The notes under the pieces: generated by a model
Databases searched by the model: none
Seen by the model: only the letters and a program-made list of their open reading frames with translations
What the model was told of the DNA's origin: nothing
Shown here: positions 1 through 9,600 of the stretch, piece after piece
How positions within the stretch are numbered: the first letter of the stretch is position 1
Layout: each line of letters starts with the position of its first letter
NCBI GenBank assembly: GCA_038231135.1
Contig: JBBRLX010000038.1
Location: forward strand, 1-34,618
Length of the DNA stretch: 34,618 bases
DNA from: Candidatus Eiseniibacteriota bacterium
GTDB lineage: Bacteria > Eisenbacteria > RBG-16-71-46
Direction: 5' to 3'
Made by a program: the position numbers and the translations under genes

Positions 1-141
1 GATCGCATGAGAACGACACTCCGGAGTTCAGAATCACCGATATGGCGCCAGCACCCCGCTCAGCGGAACCGCCGCTCGCGAACGAGTGCATCGGCAGGCT
101 CCCCGGTGCACGTCGTCGGTCCTTTTTCAGCAGCCTGCTAG
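1..141. mobile_element. End of an insertion sequence (IS5/IS1182-like): terminal inverted repeat plus CTAG target; the rest lies outside the window
   Basis: TTTTTCAGCAGCCTG (123-137) is followed directly by CTAG (138-141), a terminus pattern I recall from IS5/IS1182-like elements. It coincides with the point where the beta-propeller ORF stops prematurely. No transposase is visible in the window. Confidence 0.65.
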
Positions 142-729
142 ACCATGCGGTCCGCGCGCCGGGACGTCGATGTGCCGCGCGATCCGGCCCGGAATCTCGG
201 GGTCGATCACGACGATCTGGCCGGGATCGGCGATGTTGATGAAGAACGCCTGGCGATCCGGGTCATGGATGGCCCAGCGCGTTCGTCCGGGCATCGGCAC
301 CGTCGCGAGCACCGACCACCGGCCCACGTCCACCACCGTCACGCTCGGCGACTCGGGCACGTTCGGGTCGCCGACGTTGGCGCACAGCAGGAGTTCCCGC
401 TGCGGATCGTGAGCCAGCCCGTTCGGCCGGATGCCGGAGGCGATCTTGACGACCTCGGCTCCGGAATCCGCCGGGAACATGGCCACCGTGTTCTCGCCGC
501 GATTCGAAGTGAACACCCGATGCGAGGGCTCGTGCACGAGAACCCCCGCGACGCCCGCGAGCCCGGGAACGGATCGTACGTGGCGGTCCAGGCGGGTATC
601 GATCACATCCACGGCAGCGTTCGCCGTGTGCGCCACGAACAGCAGCGCCGCACCACGATCGATCGCGGCGTGATCGAAGCCGCCCGGCCCGAGGTGCGCA
701 GGCAGGTCGATCAAGCCGAGCCGCCTCAC
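127..729 (-). pseudogene. YncE/YVTN-type beta-propeller protein, C-terminally truncated by the IS
   Basis: Propeller-blade segments (GFDHAAID, LFVAHTANAAVDVID, VFTSNRGENTV, PNGLAHDP). It ends at GPHGL-AGC*, with the last codons supplied by the IS end; 200 aa is short for a full propeller. Confidence 0.7.
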
Positions 730-754
730 GTCCCCGCTCCCACCGTGGCCGCCG

Positions 755-1216
755 TCACCGGAACGCGCCTTCGAGTTTGCCCTCCTGCACCATCAACTCG
801 CAATAGGCGAACAGCGCGTCGTACACGATCCACTCCGCGGCATTCAGGGCATGGTCGTCCTTGAAGCCGAGGCCCCGAAAGCCCCGGGCGATCGCCCGCA
901 ACCCTGCGGATTCGGGCTGGTTCCACAGCGTGTTGTCGGTGTCGGCGCCGTTCACGATCCTGGCGAGCAGCACCAGCGCGGGATTGGACTCGAGCCCGTA
1001 CTTCCTGACGATGGCGTCAAACGAACACTCCTTGCCGTGATGCCCGAGCTCGACGTCCTTGACGTCGAATGGCGTGGCGCCCTCGCGTTCCGCGACCGCC
1101 ATCACCTCGCCGACGGGCACGAACAGGAATTCCGCCCGGGGGTCGACGAACTTCCGGATCAACCACGGGCACGCCACCCGATCGACCTGCACCTTTTCCC
1201 GCGTCACCCATTTCAT
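755..1216 (-). CDS. Stand-alone chromate-resistance ChrB C-terminal-domain protein (ChrF-like)
   Basis: MKWVTRE..VDRVACPWLIRKFVDPRAEFLFV..ELGHHGKECSFDAI signature. ATG at 1216 has a GGGAGG RBS upstream. Confidence 0.88.
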   Translation of the reverse strand: MKWVTREKVQVDRVACPWLIRKFVDPRAEFLFVPVGEVMAVAEREGATPFDVKDVELGHHGKECSFDAIVRKYGLESNPALVLLARIVNGADTDNTLWNQPESAGLRAIARGFRGLGFKDDHALNAAEWIVYDALFAYCELMVQEGKLEGAFR

Positions 1217-1274
1217 CGTCCTGCCCTCCCGTGCCGGATATGAACCAACATGACTCGTGCTGCCGGTTGCGACT

Positions 1275-2261
1275 TCAGCGACTGCGCTGGCGAAACGATT
1301 CGTACAAACTGTCGAACAGCGCGGCACCCTGAGCGAGGCGCTCCTCATCCGTCTTCCTGCCGATGGCGAGCCCGACGATGACGCGACTCATGCCCGGGGT
1401 TTCCGGGCGCTGGAACCTGCCATCCTCGAGGTCGATGTCGTAGACGATTTCCGCGATGGGTTGCAGGGACGAATCGCGGAGCTGGAAGCGGTCGACGAGC
1501 ACCTCGAACGTGCAGCGGCCGTCGTGGTGCGTGAATTCGGCGGCCGCCATGTCGAAACGGAGCTCGCGGGGTGCGGGCTTGTAGCCGCGGCCGGACACGA
1601 ACTTGAACCGGGCGGCGGGATCGATGAAGCGGCGGATCAGCCACGCGCTGGCGATGCGATCGACCATGATCCCGGCGCGCGTCACCCAGGTGCCGCCGCG
1701 CGGCGGCTCGGGCATGCCGTCGCTCGCGCCGGCACCCAGTTCCACCCCGTGGATCCGGTCCTCGGCCAGCGACAGCGTCCCCGCCGCCGCTTCACGGCCA
1801 GCGGCGCCGAACGTGTCCCGCAGCACGATGTCGTCGAACCGCAGCCGCAACCGCTCGAGCTGCCGGGCCGCCTGGCGCCGGCGGGCTTCGTTGGCGGCAC
1901 GCTTGCCCCGCAGCTCGGTGGCCAGCCGCCGTGCGTCGCCGGCTACGCTCAAGTACTCGGCGTCGCGCGCCGCCCGGAACAGCTCCTCGACGGTGCCATC
2001 CGCGAGGCCCAGGACCCACTGCGCTTCGCATACGACCGCCTCGCCGCCATCGCGCAGGACGTCCTTCACGATCGCGGCCATCGCGGATCGCATCGCCGCT
2101 TGCGCGGGGACGACATAGACGGAGCTTTTGATCGCCACCGCCCCAAGGTGTCGCAGCTGCCGGCCGACTTTCACCCGCAGGTAGTCGGGCTTCGCCGGGA
2201 TCTGATGGATGAGCAGCAGCCACTTGGGCTCGTTCGCGGGTGGCGTCGATGGGATCCGCAT
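1275..2261 (-). CDS. chrB: Chromate resistance protein ChrB (N- and C-terminal domains)
   Basis: N-terminal WLLLIHQIPAKPDYLRVKV..LGAVAIKSSVYVVP; C-terminal WVTR..VDRIASAWLIRRFIDPAARF..FTHHDGRCTFEVL. Confidence 0.9.
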   Translation of the reverse strand: MRIPSTPPANEPKWLLLIHQIPAKPDYLRVKVGRQLRHLGAVAIKSSVYVVPAQAAMRSAMAAIVKDVLRDGGEAVVCEAQWVLGLADGTVEELFRAARDAEYLSVAGDARRLATELRGKRAANEARRRQAARQLERLRLRFDDIVLRDTFGAAGREAAAGTLSLAEDRIHGVELGAGASDGMPEPPRGGTWVTRAGIMVDRIASAWLIRRFIDPAARFKFVSGRGYKPAPRELRFDMAAAEFTHHDGRCTFEVLVDRFQLRDSSLQPIAEIVYDIDLEDGRFQRPETPGMSRVIVGLAIGRKTDEERLAQGAALFDSLYESFRQRSR

Positions 2262-2479
2262 GGCGGATAGTGATAGTCGCGTCGAACCAACGGGTCAATT
2301 CACGAGATTCAGCTGTGCTATGACCCCAAGTTCCATGAACACTCCGCCCTCGCGCCGGGCCACACACCGCGTTGACATCCGTCGACGTAAGTATTTTCCG
2401 GAACCGGACTTACCAAGGCGATTCGAAGTGCCGATGACGTGGGTAGCAACCGGCCATCCGCCCCCTCCTTGGAGCCTCC

Positions 2480-4027
2480 GTGATCCTCGGCGTCAAAGCG
2501 CGAACGCTCGCCTCCATCCTCGTAGACGCCGGGGTGATCACGCCCGATCAGGTCGACGCGGCGCTGGTGCTGCAGCGATCGACGGGCCTGCGGATCGGGG
2601 AAACGCTGGTCGAGATGGGCGCCGCCACCGAGGAGGACATCGGCTGGGCGCTCGCCCGCCAGCTCGGCCTGCCGTTCGTGGACCTGAGCCCGGAGACGCT
2701 GGACGCCGATCTGGTCCGGTCGTTCCCCGAGGGCCTGCTGTTTCGCCTCGACGCGGTGCCGCTGGTGAACGAGGAATCGTCGCTCTCGGTGGCCCTCGCC
2801 GACCCCACCGACACGGACCACGTCGACGAGCTGGAACGGGCGGCGGACCAGATGCTCACGCTGGCGGTCGCCACGCCCACCGCGATCCGGGCGGTGTTGC
2901 GAAAATTGCTGGGACCGCGGCCCGAACTGCACACCTCGGTGCCGCCGACCGCACCCGATGCTCACTTCGACATCGAGTGGGACCGTTCGGGCGCGACGTT
3001 CCTGCTGTTCCATCTGAGCGAGGCCCGGCGTGCGGGGGCCAGCGAGATCCATTTCCTGGCGCGGCGCGAGGCGCTCGAGGTGCACCACCGGATCGGGACG
3101 CAGCTCGTCAAGGCTCGCAACGAGCCGCCAGGAGCGCTGTACTACCTGTTGGCGCGCCTCGAGGCGCTCGGTGGTCCGGTCATCAACGATCGCATCGCCC
3201 ACGTCGCCCGCAGCGTCCTGTGCCCGTCGGGCGGGGAGACGCTCGAGTTGGACGTATCGCTGCTGCATCACCAGGAAGGCTTCTCCGTGACGATCGAACT
3301 GCGACCCTCGTCCACGGCGCTGCCCCCGCTCGATCAGCTGGGCTTCGATCCCGTGGATGTCGCGCTGCTGCGCGCGGCGCTCCAGGCGTCCGCCGGTCTC
3401 GGCATCGTCACGGGTCCGCCGGGCATGGGCGGCTCGACCACGCTCGCGTGCCTGCTCGCCGACATGGGATTCGAGGACCGCCGTTGCATCGCCTTCGGCA
3501 ACGACCGGATTCGCGTGCCGGCCGAGGTGTACGTCCCGGGGCTGGACGCCCCGCCCGTCTGGACGGAGGTGGCGGTCGCGCAGTGCGCCGACATCGTGGT
3601 GCTCGACGGCATCCTCGCGGGCAACGCCGTGAACGCCACGCTGTCGCCGGCGGCACTGGGCCGGCTGCTGCTGGTGCGCACGGATTGGACGGATACCTTC
3701 GCCCTGCTCGAACAGCTCTCGGCTCACGCGCAGGACCGCGTGGCGCTCGCCGCGCGGCTGATGTTCGTGGTGCAGCAGCGTCTCGTGCGCGTGGACGGCG
3801 CGCCCGCCGCCGCGGATGCGTCCGGCCTGCGGTACGACCGCCGCGCAATCCTGGAAGTCCTGATCGCCGGCGACTCGCTGCGCGACGGCATTCTTGCCGG
3901 CGAGGCGGCTCCGCAGTTGCGGGCGCGCGCGGTGGCAGAGGGATTCCGGCCGCTGGCGGCCCGCCTGCGGGCTCTCGCGGATTCGGGAGTGATTCCCGCT
4001 GCCGAGTCCGCGCGGATGCTCGGGTGA
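2480..4027 (+). CDS. PilB/GspE-like protein with MshEN-type N-terminus and degenerate ATPase motifs (probable pseudo-ATPase)
   Basis: MshEN-like repeats (TLASILVDAGVITPDQVDAALVLQ, RIGETLVEMGAATEEDIGWALARQ), then ALADP, GASEIHF, QQRLVR and RRAILEVL. Walker A reads GPPGMGGST with no Lys. GTG start with GGAG upstream. Confidence 0.8.
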   Translation: MILGVKARTLASILVDAGVITPDQVDAALVLQRSTGLRIGETLVEMGAATEEDIGWALARQLGLPFVDLSPETLDADLVRSFPEGLLFRLDAVPLVNEESSLSVALADPTDTDHVDELERAADQMLTLAVATPTAIRAVLRKLLGPRPELHTSVPPTAPDAHFDIEWDRSGATFLLFHLSEARRAGASEIHFLARREALEVHHRIGTQLVKARNEPPGALYYLLARLEALGGPVINDRIAHVARSVLCPSGGETLELDVSLLHHQEGFSVTIELRPSSTALPPLDQLGFDPVDVALLRAALQASAGLGIVTGPPGMGGSTTLACLLADMGFEDRRCIAFGNDRIRVPAEVYVPGLDAPPVWTEVAVAQCADIVVLDGILAGNAVNATLSPAALGRLLLVRTDWTDTFALLEQLSAHAQDRVALAARLMFVVQQRLVRVDGAPAAADASGLRYDRRAILEVLIAGDSLRDGILAGEAAPQLRARAVAEGFRPLAARLRALADSGVIPAAESARMLG

Positions 4028-4036
4028 GGGCCGGTC

Positions 4037-5134
4037 ATGGCGCTTGACCTGACCGAGCTGCTCAACTTCGCCAAGGAGCAGGGCGCCTCGGATCTCCACA
4101 TCGCCCCGGAGATGCCGCCGCTGGTGCGGATCCGCGGGGAGATGATGCCGCTCGAAATGGCGCCGCTCACGGGCGACGACACGCACGCCGCGCTCTACGA
4201 CATCCTCAGCGACGTGCAGAAGCGCGTGTTCGAGGAGCGCCACGACCTCGACTTCGCGTTCGAGCTGCCGGACATATCGCGGTACCGCGCCAACGTCATG
4301 CTTCAGAAGGGCGGCCCCGGCGGAGTGTTCCGGGTCGTGCCCACCAAGGTCCGCACGCTGGACGAAATGGGCATGCCCAAGGTGCTCAAGGATCTCTCGC
4401 TGCTGGAGAAGGGCCTGGTGCTGGTCACGGGCCCCACGGGGTCGGGCAAGTCGACCACGCTCGCGGCGATGGTCGACTTCATCAACGAGACCCGCCGCGG
4501 CCACATCCTGACGATCGAGGACCCGATCGAATTCGTCCATACGTCCAAGAAGTGCCTGGTGAGACAGCGCGAAGTGGGGCCCCACACGCATTCCTTCACC
4601 AACGCGTTGCGCGCCGCGCTGCGTGAGGATCCGGACGTGATCCTGGTCGGCGAGCTCCGTGACCTCGAAACCACCCAGCTCGCCATCTCGGCGGCGGAGA
4701 CGGGTCACCTCGTGCTCGCGACGCTGCACACCAACTCCGCGTCCAAGACGGTGGATCGCATCATCGACATCTTCCCCACGGGACAGCAGGCGCAGATCCG
4801 CACCATGCTGTCCGAGTCCATCGAGGGCGTCGTCGCCCAGAGCCTGCTGCTGTCGAAGGATGGCAAGAGCCGCGTGGCCGCGCTCGAGGTGCTGGTGGGG
4901 GTGCCCGCGCTGCGCAACCTGATCCGTGAAGACAAGACCGCGCAGATCCTGTCCGTGATCCAGACCGGCGCCCAGCACGGCATGCAGAGCCTCGACCAGA
5001 GCCTGCGCGATCTCGTGATGCAGGGGAAGCTGTCGCGCGAGGAGGCGATGAAGAAGTCATCGAACCCGCGCGTGTTTGACGCCGCGGGATCGACCACCAG
5101 CACCGCGACCGCCGCGACCACCCAGCGCCGCTAG
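4037..5134 (+). CDS. pilT: Type IV pilus retraction ATPase PilT
   Basis: GASDLHI, GPTGSGKSTT, TIEDPIE, ALREDPDVILVGELRDLET, AETGHLVLATLHT and the PilT-specific ALRNLIRE motif. Confidence 0.96.
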   Translation: MALDLTELLNFAKEQGASDLHIAPEMPPLVRIRGEMMPLEMAPLTGDDTHAALYDILSDVQKRVFEERHDLDFAFELPDISRYRANVMLQKGGPGGVFRVVPTKVRTLDEMGMPKVLKDLSLLEKGLVLVTGPTGSGKSTTLAAMVDFINETRRGHILTIEDPIEFVHTSKKCLVRQREVGPHTHSFTNALRAALREDPDVILVGELRDLETTQLAISAAETGHLVLATLHTNSASKTVDRIIDIFPTGQQAQIRTMLSESIEGVVAQSLLLSKDGKSRVAALEVLVGVPALRNLIREDKTAQILSVIQTGAQHGMQSLDQSLRDLVMQGKLSREEAMKKSSNPRVFDAAGSTTSTATAATTQRR

Positions 5135-5143
5135 GAGCCGCAC

Positions 5144-6262
5144 GTGCACCTCGACGAACTGCTCACCGGTCTCCAGCAACGCAACGGCTCCGATCTTTAC
5201 CTCACCGCAGACTCCCCCCCATTGTATCGCGTGGATGGCGCCACGATCCCGGTCGACATCCGCAACTGGACGGCCACCGAGGTCGAGTCCGTGATCCGGG
5301 CGGTGCTGACGCCACTCGAAGCGGCCGAATTCGACCGCACGCACGAGCTGAACATGGCCCGCGCCGTCGCCGGCGTCGGGCGGTTCCGGATCAACGTGTT
5401 CCGCCAGCGCGGACAGGCGGGCCTCGTGGCCCGGCTGATCCCGATCGACTTCCCCAGCGCTGCGACGCTGGGACTGCCGGCGTCACTGCTGGAGTTGATC
5501 ATGCAGAAGCGCGGCCTGATCCTCGTCACCGGCGGCACCGGGTCGGGGAAGTCCACCACGCTGGCCGCGCTCATCGACCATCGCAATACCCACACCCGCG
5601 GTCACATCCTGACGATCGAGGACCCGATCGAGTTCGTCCATCCCCACAAGGGCTGCATCGTCACGCAGCGCGAGATCGGCGTCGACACCGAGTCGTTTGC
5701 CGCCGGCCTCAAGAGCGCGCTGCGCCAGGCGCCGGACGTCATACTGATCGGCGAGATGCGGGACCGCGAGACCGTGGAGGCCGCGGTCCACTTCGCCGAG
5801 ACCGGCCACCTGGTGCTGGGGACGCTGCACGCCAACAACGCCAACCAGGCGGTCGAGCGCGTCATGAACTTCCTGCCCGGCGAAGTCCACGCCCAGATGT
5901 ACCAGCACCTGGCCCTCAACCTGCGCGGCATCGTGTCGCAGCGCCTGGTGCCGCGCGCGGACTCCCAGGGACGGGTCGCCGCCATCGAGGTGATGCTCAA
6001 CTCGCCGCGGGTCGCCGACCTGATCGCGAAGGGCGAGATCGCCGCTCTCAAGGAAGCCATCGAAAGCAATGTGCAGGACGGGTCGCGGTCGTTCGACCAG
6101 GCGCTCCACGATCTCTATCGCGCGGGCGACATCGCGCTCGACGAGGCGTTGCGGCAGGCCGACAGTGCCAACAACGTCCGCATCCGGATCAAGCTGGAGG
6201 ATGCGGGCAGCAAACCGTCCGACAAATCCCAGTTCGCCCTGCAGGGCAAGAAGGGATTGTGA
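5144..6262 (+). CDS. pilU: PilT-family retraction ATPase PilU
   Basis: GSDLYLT, GGTGSGKST, TIEDPIE, LRQAPDVILIGEMRDRET, TLHANNANQA; lacks AIRNLIRE; directly follows pilT. Confidence 0.92.
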   Translation: MHLDELLTGLQQRNGSDLYLTADSPPLYRVDGATIPVDIRNWTATEVESVIRAVLTPLEAAEFDRTHELNMARAVAGVGRFRINVFRQRGQAGLVARLIPIDFPSAATLGLPASLLELIMQKRGLILVTGGTGSGKSTTLAALIDHRNTHTRGHILTIEDPIEFVHPHKGCIVTQREIGVDTESFAAGLKSALRQAPDVILIGEMRDRETVEAAVHFAETGHLVLGTLHANNANQAVERVMNFLPGEVHAQMYQHLALNLRGIVSQRLVPRADSQGRVAAIEVMLNSPRVADLIAKGEIAALKEAIESNVQDGSRSFDQALHDLYRAGDIALDEALRQADSANNVRIRIKLEDAGSKPSDKSQFALQGKKGL

Positions 6263-6622
6263 TAGCCCGAAGGGCAGTCCGTTGCCGTCGTCCGTAGCCG
6301 CCTCGAGACCGCCTCCGCGATCCGAAGCCTGCCCGGCTGTGTTCACACATTCGTAACCATCGAACGCGTGCATATGGATGACCGATTTCATTGCACGGAG
6401 TTGCGCCATTCGCCGGTTTCGGCGACCCGCCGCCGCCGGATTCCGATAGCGCGCCGCGATGACAAGATGTCGTTGACCCGCTGTGCGAAACGACTTCCCG
6501 CCTCGCGTATTCTCAAACGCGCCTATCAATCCAGACACGAGTCGTATAGTCTGGCAAAAGCGCGTAAGGCTCCAGGAACCCGCCGGATGGCGGCGTCGCG
6601 AGCCCGTCGATCGATAAATCCC

Positions 6623-9600
6623 ATGAGTACTCCAGCTTCCCGAAGCACGAGGCCCGACACGTCCCGAACCGACCCGGCAGAATTGCGTCCAGACTCGATG
6701 CCCTTCCCCGTAGTCGGAATCGGCGCATCGGCCGGCGGCCTCGAAGCGTTCAGCCAGTTGCTCGGCCACCTCCCCGTCGACACCGGCATGGCGTTCGTGC
6801 TCGTGCAGCACCTCGACCCCAAGCACGCGAGCAAGCTGAGCGACCTGCTCGCCAAGTACACGACGATGCCGGTCGTGGAGGTCACGCAGGATCTGGCGGT
6901 CGAGGCCGATCACGTCTATGTGATCCCGCCCAACTTCACGCTCACGTTCATCAGGGGCACGCTGCACCTGGAACCGCGCGACGGCCACGGTCCACACGTG
7001 ATCGACTATTTCTTCAAGTCGCTGGCGACGGACCGCCAGGCAGGCGCGATCGGCGTGGTGTTGTCCGGCACCGGCACCGACGGCACGCTCGGCCTGCAGG
7101 AGATCAAGGCTTCGGGCGGCATCACGTTCGCCCAGGACGAACAGTCCGCGAAATTCGCCGGCATGCCGCAGAGCGCGTCGAAGTCCGGCTGCATCGACCG
7201 AATCCTGCCGCCCGAGAAGATCTCGGAGGAGCTGGCCCGCATCGGCAAGAATCCGTACGTTGCCTCCCTCTCCACCACGGATCCGCAGGCCACCCGCGGC
7301 CAAACCAACGATTTCGCCAGGATCCTCGCGCTGTTGCGATCCACATTCGGGGTCGATTTCAGCGCCTACCGGGACACGACGATCAACCGGCGCATCCTGC
7401 GCCGGATGGTTCTGCATACCAGAGACAGCCTGGCGGCCTATGCGAGGCTGCTGGAGCAGGATCGCGCCGAACTCGGCGCCCTGTATCAGGACATACTGAT
7501 CAATGTGACGAGCTTCTTCCGCGATCCGGAGACCTTCGAAGCCATCAAGACGCAGGCATTTCCGCAGATGCTGAAGGACAAGCCCCTCGACGCGCCGATT
7601 CGCATCTGGGTGCCTGGGTGCTCCACCGGCCAGGAGGCCTATTCGCTGGCCATGATCCTGCTGGAGTTCCTCGGTGAGCAGACGTACCGCCGGACGATCC
7701 AGATCTTCGCCACGGATCTGAGTGACACGTTCGCGCTCGTCAAGGCGCGCGAAGGCTGCTACCCCGAGAGCATCGAGGCGGAGGTCTCGCCCGAGCGGTT
7801 GCAACGGTTCTTCAGCAAGGAGGACGGCGTGTACCGGGTCCATAAGGACCTGCGGAAGATGGTGGTGTTCGCCAAGCAGAACGTGGCGACCGATCCGCCG
7901 TTCTCCCACCTCGACCTGATCAGCTGCCGGAACCTGCTGATCTACCTGTCGCCTCCCCTGCAGAAACGCGTTATCCCGACGTTCCATTTCGCACTGAATC
8001 CCACGGGGTTCCTCGTCCTCGGGGGTTCCGAAACAATTGGCGGACACACGGACCTGTTCAGCGCGGTGGATTCGGAGAACCGGATCTATATAAAGAAGTC
8101 GACCGCCAGCCGGCAATATCCACATTTCCGCGCCGAGGACTATCACGCCCGCATCATGGCCGGCGGTGTGCAGGCGCCCGAGCAGCCCACGGCCGCCGAC
8201 TGGAAGCGTGAAGCGGACCGGATCGCGCTCGGCCAGTACGTGCCGCCGGGGGTGCTGGTCAACGCGAACCTGGATATCCTGCAGTTCCGCGGCAACACCG
8301 GGCCCTACCTCACGCCGTCGCCCGGCGAGCCCAGCCACAATCTGTTCAAGATGGCCCGCGAGGGGCTGTTCCTGGAACTGCGCTCCGCCATCGCCGAGTG
8401 TCAGGAGACTTCCATGGCGGTGATTCATCCGGATCTGCGGATACGGGGCAACGGCGAGGACGTCGAGTTCGATCTCAAGGTCTGGCCGGTCCGGCTGCCC
8501 AACGCCGGTGAGATCTGCTATCTGATCGCGTTCGAGGAGCGCCTGTCCCACCTGCCGCTCAAGGCGGCCTCGGGCCCGGCGGCGACCCCGTCCGACGAGA
8601 TCGCCCGGCTCCGGCACGAGCTGGCTTCGACCCGCGAATACCTGCAGTCGGTCATTGCCCAGCAGGACGCGGGCAATGAAGACCTGAGGTCCGCGAACGA
8701 AGAGATCCTGTCCAGCAACGAAGAGCTGCAGAGCACCAACGAGGAGCTCGAGACCGCCAAGGAGGAGCTGCAATCGGTCAACGAGGAGCTGACCACAGTC
8801 AACGAACAGCTCCAGAACCGCAATGCGGACATGACCCGGCTCAACGACGACCTGACGAATCTCATCAACAGCGCCCACGTGCCGACGATCGTCGTGGACA
8901 TCGATCTGCGGATCCGCCGCTTCACCCCGACCGCCGGGCTGCTGCTCAATTTACTGCCGGGCGACGTCGGCCGGCCCTTGGGCAATATCAAGCCCACACT
9001 CGCGATCCACGACCTCGAAGCGCTGGTGACGCGGGTGATGACCACGGTCCACGTGGAGGAACGCGAAGTCCGCGACGTGCATGGCCGCTGGTTCCTGCTG
9101 CGCATCCACCCCTATCGCACCTCCGACAACAAGATCGACGGCGCGGTCGCGGTGTTCGTGGACGTGGACGAGGCCAAGCGCGCCCAGGAGGCGCTGCGGG
9201 ACGCGATGGAGTACTCGCAGTCGATCATCGAGACGGTGCTGGTGCCGCTCGTGATCCTCGACGCGGATCTATCCGTCCGGTCCGCGAATCCTGCGTACTA
9301 CCGCATGTTCAGGACGAACCGGCAGCAGATCGAGGGGCAGCACCTGTACGAGCTCGGCAATCGCCAATGGGACGTTCCGGAGCTGCGCCGGCAACTGGAG
9401 GTCGTCCTCCCGCAGAATTCCTCGTTCGACGACTTCGAGCTCACCCACGACATCGAAGGCATCGGCGAGCGGACGCTGGTCCTCAACGCGCGCCGCATCG
9501 TGCGCGGCGACCAGCAGACCGAGCTGATCCTGCTGGCGATCGAGGATCGCACGGTCAGCATCCGGCTCTCGAACGAGCTGCGCCAGCACGTTTCACGGCT

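Noticed and set aside
2372..2437. TTGACA, a GTAAGT..ACTTAC inverted repeat and a GCCGATGA (sigma28-like) element upstream of the PilB-like gene
   Set aside because: Spacings fit neither sigma70 nor sigma28 consensus well; too weak to call.
6368..6622. N-terminal extension of the kinase in the ORF track
   Set aside because: No domain character and atypical composition; the start is more likely 6623 or 6698.
8690..8820. Repeated AACGAGGAGCT-like units
   Set aside because: Coding heptads (NEEL) of the standard CheB/CheR-kinase coiled coil; not CRISPR or a DNA repeat.
2318..8878. Very long antisense ORFs (2318-4978, 5483-8878) and similar ones over the efflux genes
   Set aside because: Shadow frames of high-GC coding genes; no motifs, and they overlap well-supported CDSs.
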